NCBI RefSeq assembly: GCF_009914755.1
Contig: NC_060925.1
DNA length: 64,000 nt
Strand: one strand, 5' to 3'
Origin: the human T2T-CHM13v2.0 reference genome, Homo sapiens
In this document: piece after piece, positions 1-12,747 of the stretch
Layout of the letters: each line of letters begins with the position of its first letter
How positions within the stretch are numbered: position 1 is the stretch's first letter
Made by a program: the position numbers and the translations under genes
Notes under the pieces: model-generated
Told to the model about the DNA's origin: nothing
Databases searched by the model: none
The model's input: only the letters and a program-made list of their open reading frames with translations

Positions 1-1034
1 TTTCTCAGAAAAAAATGATCACTGAGTATAGGCCTGGCTAGAGGAGATGAGATCTCAAAATTTTTCCCTCTCCACCACTACCACTCAACAGTATAAGATA
101 ATTTTTCCCCTAGACACTGTCTCTCAAAACACTTCCATCCTCTTTCTCACCCCACATTTTCTCCACTGCTGTAGTCTGAAATTTTCACATTTTTACCATC
201 AAAAGTCTAGAACAGTAAGTTCCCATCTTTATAGAATAGTAACTCTGTATGTAACTTTGAGGCACCCTCCTACATTCCTGTTAGTCCTACTCCTTCCAAA
301 CAAACTACTATATGACACATAAATCTATTTTTCAAAATTGCAGGAATTACATATCTAGGGAGCATTTCAACTGTCTCTTGAAATAATTGGGTTACCGTGT
401 TCCTTCTCCATTTTTGATGAAATGGTTCCTAAGTGTAGTGATAAACCCCACTCTGGGAAGGGGACATGGACAGAAGGGTAGGTGTGAGGTAGTGTTGGGG
501 TGAATGAGAGAAACCAGAAAGAGGGCAGAGAGAAAGAGAAAGGGCAGGCATAGAGGCCATTCCAAAGGCACACGACAGACTAAAAAGGAATGACTCCTTG
601 GCATTCGAAACAGCTCGTTAGAAAAGCCAGACTCCCCAAAAAGAGTTTCTCCTCCGTTGATAACTACCATGTACCCTCCTGCCCATGGATAAGTGACTTC
701 ATAAGCAAATTCCCATCACTGTCTCCACATCCCCACTTTAGTAACATGTACCTTTGCTTTGTCTACTGTACATTAAAAAAAAATCTCATTCTCAGTAAAT
801 AGGTAGACGGTTTTAGTATTTTCAGAACAAAATTCACAAGTGCTTTCAAGTGCTCGTTATTCAGTTGTGTTATTTTTACATAATTTTGAATATAACGAAA
901 GCAGTTATCAGAGGTTCAATAAACTCAAAGGCCTATTTAAGAAACAAAAGTACTAAGTGATAGAGTGCTTATTAAGAGTTGTTAACACTGCATGGATCAG
1001 CATGAGTAAGGACAGTCTAGCATATTTTAATTGA

Positions 1035-1245
1035 GGGTGGGACACAAACTCACAGGCCCATGACAGTCAGATGAGGGGCATAATGAGTAAAGCTGGCCAA
1101 ACAGGACTGCAATGAATGGGAAATCACCTCCCCGCTTCAGCCCACCCCCACGCCAGCAGTGTTACCTGCAGGCATGTGAGTCCAGAGGCCAGATCCACTG
1201 GGTCTTCTAACAGTACTAGAAATCTGGATGTTTTATGTGAAATTG
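1035..1245. mobile_element. Old hAT DNA transposon fragment (MER45-like)
   Basis: Motifs caaactcacaggcc...aatgagtaaagctggcc and agaaatctggatgttttatgtgaaat resemble MER45-type consensus. Confidence 0.4.
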
Positions 1246-3132
1246 CTAGTGTTTGATCTAATAGGGTAATATCCCACCATCCCATACTACCCCCATGCCC
1301 ATTAGACCTGCCCCAGCAGCGAAGAGCAAAGTATCCTTGTGCATGGCTCTCTTGCCCCCAGCTCCCTTGGTCTCTAATTACACAAGCCTTTGGCAGAGGG
1401 TGGAGATCAGGGAGAAGGGTAGGCCTAGAATACAACTGGGCATCGGCAGCACCTGTTCACTTTCATAGCCAGGTCCTGGAGGGTCAGAGCAGACAGTCTG
1501 TTGACAGCCAACTGGAAAGGGAGTGGGCAGTTTTTCCTCCAGCCAGCCAAACCTAAGCTAGGCACAAGGAGAAATTACCTTAGGCAGGCAGTGAAGCTCT
1601 ACTCATCGCTATTCTGGGAGGATTGGGGTAGCAATCTTAATTCTTGTTTAGAAAAATGTAATATACCTACCTCACAACAAAGGTGACCGAACAGCACCTT
1701 TGAGGTGCCCTGAGCTCTCAGGAGGACAAGACGGGAATGAAAAGTCTTTTGAAAGGATGGTTTAAGTATCAAAAGATCTTAAGGATTAAAAGCTCCTCAT
1801 GTGGGCCAAAGCTCCGGGTTCCAAGCTGTTTATTTTTGGCAAAGCCCCTTACTGAGACTTTGGGAGAAAGTTCTCAATGTGCCTTAAGCATTACATACCC
1901 TTGAGCAAAGAGTTCTAATGCAGAACAGTCTGAAAAAAGATAAAGGAACATTTAGCCAAATATGCTCAGAGTAATTCCAAGTGTGCGCAATGGAAACACA
2001 CCTACAGGGTTGGAGGAGGTGAGGCTGGGCTGTAATAAGAAGTGCCTGTACTGACCCACTTCCTTCAAGGACTCTCTCAGGTAGGCCTGACAATTTCAAA
2101 GCCACACTCATCGTCAGTCTCCAAAGCCCTTCAAGTCACACTAAGGTCATGTTTATATAAGATTATTGTATGCTGAAGGAGTTCTAAACTGGCCTCCTGG
2201 TCTCTGCTGGTCAGCATTTGGGTGACAAGTCCAAGAGAGCCTATTCCCATATCAAAGACAAAGACCCCGAGGGCACTCATGTCAGACCCACCATCTCTGG
2301 TCTTACAGGGCCCAGGGAAGTGTGAGGAGAAATGAAGCAAGAAATGTCTCATGAGCATCAAACTCCTTTCACATGCCTTTGTTTTAAATAAACAATGGAC
2401 AATGAAATCTTTCCTCATTAGAGAGGAGGTGTGTTCCCGGCAAAACTGCCAGCATTCTGAGTTTCTATTTCTTGGATGCCAGGGGCATGAATGGTGCAAC
2501 ACACACAGTTTATGATTATCAGGCCCCTGCAGGCCTTGGCCCCTTACACTGTAATGAAATGAACCACAGTGCCAAGTGAGACAGAGCGCAGGCAGGTCAC
2601 CCTGTAAAAGGAACTGGTGTTCTTGCAACATCACTGCTTCAACTGCTAACTAGAAAGAAAAAATGTTCCAAAGGAAAAGAATGGGTGAAGGGAGAAGACA
2701 TTCTGTGGGAGGAAACAGGTGGATTGTTTCAGGGTGCAAGGACACAAACTCCAAGAAGTCAGCCCAGGTACGAAAGGGGACAGGTGCAGGTTAAACATCA
2801 AAAACTTGAGTGCAGACCCTTTCAAAGAGGAAACCTGGGATTCATTTCGCTCATTACACATCTACTGTTGTGAACAATCTTTATCCTGCCTTGTTTGTAC
2901 AGTGTCTGACAATCCAAAATTGGTTAGTGCAAAACAAAAGGGACAGAAAAGCCAAAGTGACATAGGAGGGCAAATCCATCTTTTGGGAGCTCCCCAATGG
3001 CCTGAGTGCTCCAGAACTGGAGTGGAAGATAGCTCCCTGTGGTGTCCCTTGTATTCTCTCAGAAACAACCAAGGGCCTGGCTCTTCAAACATGGGACTGC
3101 GGTTCTAACGTTCTCTTGTTTTAATTACTTAG

Positions 3133-3223
3133 ATATCCTCATACCTCTGCGACTTTTCTGACTTCATCCAAGAAGAATATGAATTTGCCAATTTTGTTTC
3201 AAGTTCCAGATGTTTTATCTAAG
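3133..3223 (+). CDS. C1orf105: C1orf105 internal coding exon (exon 3 of the canonical isoform as recalled): (R)[30 protein letters not shown]
   Basis: Acceptor ttacttag|ATAT and donor AAG|gtacta. 91 nt, phase 2 to 0. Translation matches the recalled C1orf105 protein and joins in frame to 11108. Confidence 0.95.
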
Positions 3224-3289
3224 GTACTAAAAAATTTTTGTTGAAATGAAACCAACAGCAGTTCTAGAATGACATAGAATATGAATACA

Positions 3290-3366
3290 TGTCCCATCTC
3301 CTTAGCACAGCCCTGTGCTTGGTACACCATCAGTGTTCAATAAATATTTGTTAAATGAAATGAATG
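3290..3366 (+). mobile_element. L2 3' end fragment
   Basis: cttagcacag...tgcttggtacac...gttcaataaatatttgttaaatgaaatgaatg is a typical L2 tail. Confidence 0.7.
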
Positions 3367-4763
3367 GCCCCACCCCCCTCACTATGTCTCAAGTGCCTTA
3401 GGGTCCCAGTCCACTAGAACTAAGAATACAGGCATAAGGTTAGAATCAACAAAACAGGAAACTAAAAATTAGTATGGAGGAATCTGCCCCAAGACTTCCA
3501 GGGAATGCCTATCAGCCTGTGACTGGAACCAATCTGGAGTCTCTACTGCCTCCCCCAAAGGATTGCTTATGTCTCCCACCTACAACTCCCTACACCTGTG
3601 GAATTTTACATTAAAAACTCCTCATTTCCCCTCCACCATGACCGGCTGCCAGGTGACCCTCGGTGTCACTGTGGAGCAAGCACACAGGCTACAGTGCTTG
3701 GGTAGTCAGAACCTCCCTGAGGTGGAGAAAGAGAGAAAATATATGGTGAGATAAGCAATTTTTTCACCTGAAAAATTGCACATTCCTCACAGGGCTGTCA
3801 TAGGCAGTGCCTGAAGCAGTGTCCTAAGGCACTCGACACGGTGCCCCACCCAGAGCAAGAGCTCAGTGAATGTGAGCCACAATTATTAGGAGCCCTGGTG
3901 TCAGTCAATATATGTTTACGGAGGCCTTTGTATTTGCTTTAATACATCAGAGATGAGTGAGTCAGCCGCAGCTACACAGATGAGTGAGCAGACAGGACAG
4001 GGACACAACTGAGAATGCGTCTCAGAAACAGGGCACAGCACTTGTGAGAGAAGGTGGGAGCAAAGGTTACCCCCAGGTTGGGCAAGCAGAGTGGAAGTGA
4101 GGGAATGATTCAAGAGGAAGTGGCATCTGCACTGGACCTAGAAGATACTGTTTTCAAGTGGAGGGAAGAGCCAGGGGTGGAGGAAGAACTGGAAAGAGAA
4201 GAGAAGATTATCAGCAAAGAGGTGGAGACTGAGTGTGCAGGAGGAAATGCCTGAAGAATATCAAGGAATTCTGAGCATACATGAAAGGGAAACAAGGACG
4301 CGGCTGGGCCCAGCTAATGCACACAGGGCCCAACAGACAAGAGCAGAGAGGACACATTGAAGGTTTTCAACACCGGAGTTTCAGGGTCCAAGCTTTGCTT
4401 AAGAGTCATCTCTTAGTCCCCCTAACACCCTGGACAGGCAAGTAGGTAACATGGCCACCATGACGTGCACTGGGTAGAGGTGGGGGATGAGCGGGGAGGC
4501 AGGACTGGCTTAGCAATTGCTGCAGAACCAGCAAGAAGCCTTCCAGTCATCAAGTCGCTGTGAACTTCCTATTTAGACAGGTCTCACCTGCCGCTGAATG
4601 CCTCCTCATCTCAGGTTTGTTCTGGGTCTCTGTACTGTGGCAACCTAGGCACTAGGACACCAGGCCCCAGCCTGGCTGGAGTGGAGAATGGGGAAGGAAA
4701 GCCAATGCTAACGACCAGTAGGAGTGAGAGGCCATTCTCCAGCAGGGTATAGCGGTTTTTGTG

Positions 4764-4797
4764 GCTGCAATATTCATAGTTAGCCACTAGATGACAG
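4764..4797 (+). promoter_or_regulatory. Candidate CTCF site with upstream module
   Basis: Core CCACTAGATGACAG (4784-4797), one mismatch to CCACTAGATGGCAG, preceded by TGCAA (4766-4770) with a 13-nt spacer. Confidence 0.5.
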
Positions 4798-6492
4798 TTA
4801 AGAGCAACAGCTTCCAGCTGCGCAGCCCAAAGGGCTCCTGGGAGGCCAGTTTCCCGGCTGACCCGTGAGAAGTCCCAAATAGGTTGCTCTTATTGGGAGA
4901 GAACACAGGCCCCTCAGCCTCACCCTCACTCTCATCCTGTTAGGGGCTGACCCTCCACTGATTTGCACATGAGAAAGAGTCACCCCTGCAGATTGAAACA
5001 CAAGTAGGGAACCCGGGATCCTTGCTCTGTTGGGGCACCAGGCCAGTACCTCCAGTCATATTCTTTCCCGTCACACAGACGTCCTCAAATTTGAATCTGG
5101 CTCCCAGAGTCTACTGCGTGTATGAAGGCCTGCACGTATGTGCCATGAGGTAAACGTGGATTCAGCCGGCAGCTGCTCCCTTCTGGAAAGAAACTGTTGT
5201 GTTTCAAGGGAGTAGAATGTACTGTGGACAGGATCTCTTCCTTCATTCTCTAAATCAGGGACCTGACAAGAAGCTGCTGGCAATCCGGAGGCCAACTGGA
5301 GACCCCGGACCCTGTGCAGAGGTGCAAAGCTCCTGCCACCTGGCTGCGTTCCTCTTCACCGTCACAGGTCAAAGGGCAGAACTTTAAACACCCACTTACT
5401 CCTCCCCTGCCCCGGAGCAGCCCCGTGCCTGAGGCAGGTGCACGTGTGCCTGGAGCAGTATTTCCTAGTGACTAGACAAAGGGGAGACAGGCTCAGAGAC
5501 ACAATAACAGGGAGAGGGAGACAGAAAGCAAGATAGAAACACACACACAGAGATGAGGGACAAAAAACACAAGACAAAAGGAGAGGCAGGTCTGTCAAAG
5601 AAGAAAGATTTTTAGTGAAGACAAATGAAGCCTAAACATTTCCTCGTTTAAACATCTACTGTGGAGAAGCTTCTTCATTTTCTCCTGCCATTTGCAGGCA
5701 TCCACTCACGACTCCTCAAGATGCTGAGAAACAGAAAGGTGCATCATGATAGTTGGCTAACTGGGCCAAAAGGTGACTGACTCAGTGATCCAAGGCAAAG
5801 GAACAGCAGGTGTGTGGGGGTGACCCGGAAAACTGCAGCTGGAGACTCTGAAATCTCTTTGCCCACTTGCTGGTACTGGGTGTAAATTAACTAGAGCTCC
5901 TCAGTTACTAATAGATTATAAAATGCCACTCCACCCTCTCAATTCCTGCCCCCACTCTCTCTCTACTCACTTTGATCTGGGTTTGTTCTTCCAGTCTAAT
6001 GAGTCAGAGTGAAGATAAGAACACTATTTATTTTGCTTTTAGCAGACCTGTGGCAAAAAGCCCTGGCTAAAAAGACTGTGCAGTAGCAGAGGCATAGCTG
6101 GGGAAGATGTATAGGATGTTTACTTTCTATTTTCTCACCACTAAGAACTCTCTTTTTATTATTTCTCTCACATTGACTAAATTTTCAAAGCTCATAACTA
6201 CCAAGGAAACTACCTCATATACTCCTAAGTCATTTTCATATTTATATTGCTTATGTTGATCTAGTGCATATAATTACAAATACAATTTTTAAAGAGAATA
6301 TTAAATGCTATTGACCTAAAATAGTGATGGTAATAAAAATCAAATTTAATAAGTCTGAATGTAGGGATATGGATATTATTTTTTATACATTTTGGGTTTT
6401 TTTAAGTATATTCAGCTTTATTTTTTTAAATGGCTGATATTTTCAGATAGAAGGAACATGTGTAATATCATAAGGTTTTTTTTGAATATTGA

Positions 6493-6863
<371 letters not shown>

Positions 6864-7199
6864 TTTATATGGATTCTAAGAGTTTACTCTTCCCCTGAGG
6901 AAACATAATCCTTTTTATCCAAAAACTTTCTAGCCGACTGAAGTTCAATAGATGTGGTATTGGACAAATCTCTTAACCTTTCTGGGTCACAGCTTTCTCC
7001 TGGGTAAATTGAAAGATTTGAACCAAGTGTCCTATCAGGTCTCTCTCAGTTAAGTTACAAGTGGGAAGGAGAAAAGAAACAGAGGTGTTGAAGGAAAGGA
7101 CAGAGGCAAATGTGTCAGTACTCCTCACAGGGTGCTTGTGAAGCCTGTTTTAATCACAAGCTGGTGCTTACATTTTTGTTTTTTATGTGAACAGGTGTG

Positions 7200-7270
7200 T
7201 AAGAGAGAGAAAGAAAGGGAGCGAAAGAGAGAAAGAAAGGAGAGTAGAGGGAGAGGGAGATGGAGAGAAA
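7200..7270 (+). repeat. GA-rich polypurine tract
   Basis: aagagagagaaagaaagggagcgaaagagagaaagaaaggagagtagagggagagggagatggagagaaa. Confidence 0.85.
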
Positions 7271-7714
7271 TATATTTCTCTGTTTCTTTACCAAGGATTC
7301 AAGAAGGCCATGGCCTTGGGCCATGAGTCAGCCCTTAGACACCGCAGCAGATATTGTCCTAGGGTATGAGGATGTTTCCAATTGTCAAATGTGTTTTTGG
7401 CTTCTGGGGACTGGCTGAAATCTGCATCATACCTTGGCCAGGCTACACATAGGTTGCTGTCACTCTCCTGTCACAACTGCCATCTGCTATCCAGAGGACA
7501 GCTGCTTGGGAAATGAGGGCCCCATTAACATTCCAGTGCCTCTGGCTCTAGACCTGATAAAACCAGAGCATTGTACTGTGAATGTGGACAATTCCCTCTC
7601 CATTCCTGTTATTGCTGCTGAGCTGGTCGTAAGGAAACCGAGTGAGAAGGGAATGCAACAGAAGAAAAAGACCAAAGACCTGGGTTTCAGGGCTGGGAAA
7701 GAAAGCAAGACAGA

Positions 7715-7882
7715 ATGGAGGAAATGAGGCCTGCAGGACATGGCGTCTCAAATGTTTGCGTCGCCTTTAAAGTAGCCTGTCACAGCTGCCTTCCACGACT
7801 CTTCAATGCCCTCATCCCTTCTCCAGATAGAAATGGAGCAGCTCTTCTTGGAGGCCAGGCTTCAGCTGATAGCAAGTCTGAG
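7715..7882 (+). CDS. C1orf105: Coding part of an alternative first exon of C1orf105 (MEEMRPAGHG...ADSKSE, 56 aa), giving a 173-aa isoform
   Basis: ATG at 7715 in strong context (agaATGG), donor GAG|gtagag after 7882, 168 nt, phase 0, in frame with the 11108 exon. Total of 173 aa agrees with my recollection of a second isoform. Confidence 0.8.
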
Positions 7883-8271
7883 GTAGAGTACAGCACAGAT
7901 CAAAGATTGCTTTTTACCTTTAAATGTAAAGTGTAAAGGGACAGGATTAGAGCATCCGCCTCTGTCTTTTTGAACACAAAGACCATTATCGGTAGGGGAA
8001 GGGAGACTTGGAGAGTTTATATGATTGACAAAAGTCACCCAAGTTGTTTGTGAGCCAGGACTGGAACAGAGCTTTTTGGGCGTCTAGCCAGTGTTCTTCC
8101 CCAGTGCATTACATAGAATGAATTTGTTGTACTACAACACTAATGTTCTGTAACGTTTCCCTGAAGACCGTGTTACAATAGTGATCTTCATTTATATATG
8201 TATTTTTCGTTTTATATATTTAGGTTGATTGTGTCTATATTTAGACCTCATAATTTAAATTGCTTACAATG

Positions 8272-8570
8272 ACTCATTCATTTGCCCAATGTTTGTTGAA
8301 TACTTGCTGTGTGCCAGGTTCTATCATAGGTTCTAGGAATACAAAGATGTGTAAAACATGATTCTTGCTCTTAAATATAATAACTCTCAGCCCGGTGGAG
8401 GAAATAAACACATTTAAAATCAAGAATAGTGCAAATACAAAGAAAGCTAGACCAAGTTTATGATGCAATCAAAGAGGCAGGCACCCAACTGAGGTTAGGA
8501 GGGTGAGAAATGGTAGCAGCCCAGGAGAAAGGTTTTCTGAGGATGTAACACCTACACTATGTCTTAAATG
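8272..8570 (-). mobile_element. L2 fragment
   Basis: ctcattcatttgcccaatgtttgttgaatacttgctgtgtgccagg is an antisense L2 3' end. Confidence 0.7.
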
Positions 8571-8919
8571 AGTAGCTATCAAGGCCAGGTGGGACAATAT
8601 ATAAGCATTTCATCCCTCAGATTCTAAGAGATGACAGTCATTATGTTATGGGACTCTGTACTCACATTTACAGTTGTCATTAACCTAGCAAGATCTTGCA
8701 ATGCACTTTGGGGATCTTGCAAATAATATCTGTTGCTTGATTTGCAATGAGCTCTGAGATTCCACTTCCTATAGGGTCTAATAGTAGTCTTAGCAGAAAC
8801 CAGAAGTCTGGAAAAAGGTGAAGGAAATAATTTCAGTGAAGAACTTATATCTCTACTAAAAACAAACCTGCCCAAGAATTCTTCCATATCTGCCTCCCCT
8901 TGTCCAGGTCTTCCTCATC

Positions 8920-9750
8920 CCTTCAGACTGAGTACAAATTCCACTTCTAGGAAGCCTTTCCTGATTTCTCCAATCAGAAGTGGTCTCTCTGTTTTCTGAA
9001 GGCACAGAGGTATTAGTGCCTCTTGTATGATATCTAGTGTGTCCTACCTTAATTGCAGTTTCAGAAATGTACCTCACTCTCATACCTCAAAGATGTGAGG
9101 GATGGAGGGAGGAGCTGGAGCTTCAGGGGATATCACCCCCAGGGGTATCAGGAAGACATGGTAGAAAGTTGAATCAGCCCAAAGCAGAGGAGTCAATATC
9201 CACAGACATTTCCTCTCTAGTCTCTCTTCTCACTCCATTCAACCTCCCACCAGACAACCTGTCCATCCCAACCTACATTCACTTACCCGAAGCTGATTTG
9301 CTAGATTATTCTTCCAGGTTGTTGTATAGTGTTTCCTGGGCTTGCAACACCCTCACCATCCTTGTTCACTCCACAAACACCTACCCAAGCATTGCCTGTT
9401 TTTTTTTACCCTTCTCAGACCCTTCCCTCTCTGCCCCACCCCCAGTTAAGCTCAATGACCCCTTTCAGCTTCACTGGAGCCTCGATATATTTCTGTTGTA
9501 GCACCTTCAACACCATCATACTTCTTGATGTATAGGCTACTGGATGGTGAGCAGCTTGAGGTCACAAACTATGTCTTATTTATTTAAATGTCTCCAGTAC
9601 CTAATGAATGGGTAAATGAATGAATTTGTATTCTTCTTTTGTCTTCCTTAGAAACTTCCTTCCAGAAACTTTGCTTTATTCGTCGGTATGACCCCCGTCA
9701 CAGCACCCTTTACTTGGTAGCCTCACAATAGATGTTTACTGTTGAATGAA
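8920..9750 (+). mobile_element. Fragmented L2 3' ends
   Basis: ctaggaagcctttcctga, cagcttgaggtcacaaactatgtcttatt, aatgaatgaat tails. Confidence 0.5.
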
Positions 9751-11107
9751 TGAATCTAGTTATTCACACACATACTTTGACATACCAACCCACAACATTG
9801 TAATACTGAGTTGATTCTTTTTAGAATGCCCTATAAAAATGAAGTGTATTTTAAATGTTTCTCAAAAGAATCCAACTTTGTTAACAGTTTTTAGCCCTCA
9901 AACCCCCCATGATGCATCACCTAAGTGCCATATGTCTCTCACAGGATGAAGCTACTTGCAGAACAATCTGGCAAAGGTCATCCTAGGAGCACACCTCAGG
10001 AACTCCTCACTTTCTGTTCCTCCTCTTTCTGTTCCCCACACTTCCCAGGGCAACAGGAATGGGTCAAGGCACACCATGTAGTGATGGGCCAGCAAGCGGA
10101 TCAAAGGAAAGAGAAGACTTCAGTCAATAGTCTTCTCACTGTGGCTTTCCTCTTCCCCATATTCTGCACTTTCTGTGACCATATCTCATGACTGATGTCA
10201 ATGTGAATGAGGAAGGTTAAGAGAGAATCCCAAACATAAGTTTAGCCTCAAGTTCCTATATGCTTCCTAAGCAAACTTTTATCAGAGATGCAAATGAGAA
10301 CCTCCTGAACCCAGGTGTAAATGCTCCAAAGTCCTCTCTTTAATGCTTTTGCAGAAATGAAGTCAGAATAAAAACCAGTGGTTACAGTGAGCAGACACGG
10401 TGCCCCTCCCCTTCCTCCACTGATTGCTTCTTCACCTACTGAGACAGCCTCTCTTTCCCAGAGGATTGAGGGGACTCAGGACTCACACACAAGCTTGAGT
10501 TCTGCTTGTGGCTTCAATCATTCTGCTTAGGAGGTACAGAAGGGCCAAATGGTGCTGGACCATGGATGCATGAGAGCTGTTTCTGGCCCAGAGTTAAGGC
10601 ATGAGAAAGGAAGGCGATGCTTAGGAAAGGCCCGTGAAAAAAAGATTTGCAGAAGAGAAGTCTTCTCTTCATTCTTTCTTAGGCCATCAGAGATCCTCAG
10701 TCTATATGGTGGAGCCTTTTTATGAAATGGAAAAAATGGCCCACCTATAGGAGAATGCAACCCCTCAGACACAGGTGCTCAGGCTGGAAAGTAGAGACCC
10801 CACTGAATTTCAGGCCCCAGCCATCTCTGCCAGCTGTCTTTACATGTATACCACTGCATGCAGCAGCCTCAAGACCACCACCTAGCCTATGTCTCACTCC
10901 CTCCTGCCTAAACTCTCGGTACCTACCAGCTGCAGCACACTCCAGATTCAACACCCACCCTGGATGGGGCTGAGACCAGAGTGCCCATCTCTGTTTTACG
11001 GAAGGAAAAACTGTTACCTCTCTCACCCCTCCACTGCTTTCCTACATCTTTGCTGCCCTACATGCCCCACCATTTCCTCACGTCTCTCTGTCTCTCTTTC
11101 CCCTCAG

Positions 11108-11182
11108 GCCAGGAGGAACCAGTGTGACTCCATGCTGCTCAGAAACCAACAGCTGTGCTCCACATGTCAAGAAATGAAAATG
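11108..11182 (+). CDS. C1orf105: C1orf105 coding exon (exon 4): [25 protein letters not shown]
   Basis: Long pyrimidine tract ending ccctcag|GCC, donor ATG|gtaggc. 75 nt, phase 0/0. Confidence 0.96.
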
Positions 11183-12747
11183 GTAGGCAAGGGGGAAGAC
11201 AGAAATGGGCACAGGCATCTCAGGGTGCAGCACTGCCCTTCCCAGCCAAGCCCTGTGGGGAGAGATAGTGACGGGGCCCGTTGCAAGGAGGGCCTAGATA
11301 AAGGCTGCCAAGGAGGAACTGTTGGTCCTGGGAGCAGCATCGACTGACAGAACATGATAAACCTTCTCCGTTTCAACAAGCTAAAGGGTAACCAGGATAG
11401 ATGGGCCAGAGTAGAGATGCAATGAGACACTTCGCCTTGGGCTCCTAAGTAACTACAGCCTCTCAGAGGCTTAGGGGATTATGGAGCTCCTTCTCCCTCC
11501 TTAATGTAGCCCCCACACAACACATAGGCTCACACTCATTTCTCCACCGTTACAATCAGGAGACAAACAGCTTCATCTTTGGGTTTACTGTTAATTTAGG
11601 TAGCACCTCAAGAGAAAGACTGGGGAGAGAGTCTACAGTACTTTCTAGGTAGTCAGGGGCGGTGTCACCTGCTTTGGGTATTTGTAACATATAGTGGAGA
11701 ATGGTGGTAGGGGAGGAATATTAGGAAAAGAAAGAAGGAAAGCAAGGGAGATGTGGAGGGAACAAAGACAAACTTCTGCCATGCCATCTATCACAGTTGC
11801 TGAATCAGAGGCCTGATTCAGGAAGGATGCTAGACTAGGCTGGAGTTAGGCCTTCGGTAATTTAAGAATTAGAGTTAGCGCTGGGATGGTTGTTAGCGTC
11901 AGGGTAAGGAAGAGGCTTTGGTTAAGGGTTAATTTAGCAACATGGTTAGGTTTGAGGTACGAGCTGGAGAAGGGTTTCTTCAACTCTGATATCCTATAAT
12001 TCTCCTTTGACTTGGGGAGGAAGGTGGGGCTAAATGTGTAGGCTAAACGTGCTTTAAAAGAATGGAAGAAAAATAGAAGATATAAGAAAAGCTCCTTCAC
12101 TGAGTTCATGGCAAGTCTTAGGTCCAGTCGGATGTGAAAGAGAGTGGCACTTTTGTGAAATTTTTATGTGGGATTTACAAATTTAACTGAAGCTACCGGC
12201 AAAGCTGCACCTTGATGTTGCCATCTATGTTCATTTTCTACATAATTAGGGTCACTGTGTTAAATATTAGCATTGGCTGGAGTCTGGGAAACTAGGATTG
12301 GGATTTCTCCTGGTCTTATTCCTGGAATCCCTTGTGTCCACATTTAGAATGCACCAACCCCAGGCCTAAGCTGGCCTTGGCCAGCTGGCACACTTGGGAC
12401 ATCAGCAGCCGTCCTCTTTCTCAAGACCTCTTCTCTGACCTTTGCCCTTGTCCAGGAATGATAGAAGTGGAGCCACATGCTGCAATTTTACCATTTATTG
12501 AAGCTTCTAAAAGGAAGGGCTTCAAACACAAAAGTGCCCAGGGACCCTTCGGTACTGCTGTCAGAACCTGGTGATAAACTACAGAAAGTTAGAAAATAAA
12601 CATGAAATATCCTTGCCTCACTCTATGCAGTAATACCTCAAAGTCCTCCCAAGGGGAGGGACTGCAGGTCTGCTGTAGTCACTGTGATACCCCTTCTTTC
12701 TCAGCAGTGAGTTGAATAGAAATACTGGGGAATATATAAAAAGACTC

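Noticed and set aside
2131-2634. 167-aa minus-strand ORF
   Set aside because: Non-ATG start, no recognisable domain or splice support; consistent with chance.
7434-7727. 97-aa ORF in the ORF track as a separate gene
   Set aside because: Starts at TTG with no recognisable homology; only the ATG-initiated last 24 codons are kept, as a candidate uORF.
10889-11347. 152-aa ORF
   Set aside because: Only 11108-11182 is real coding sequence; the rest is open intronic flank.
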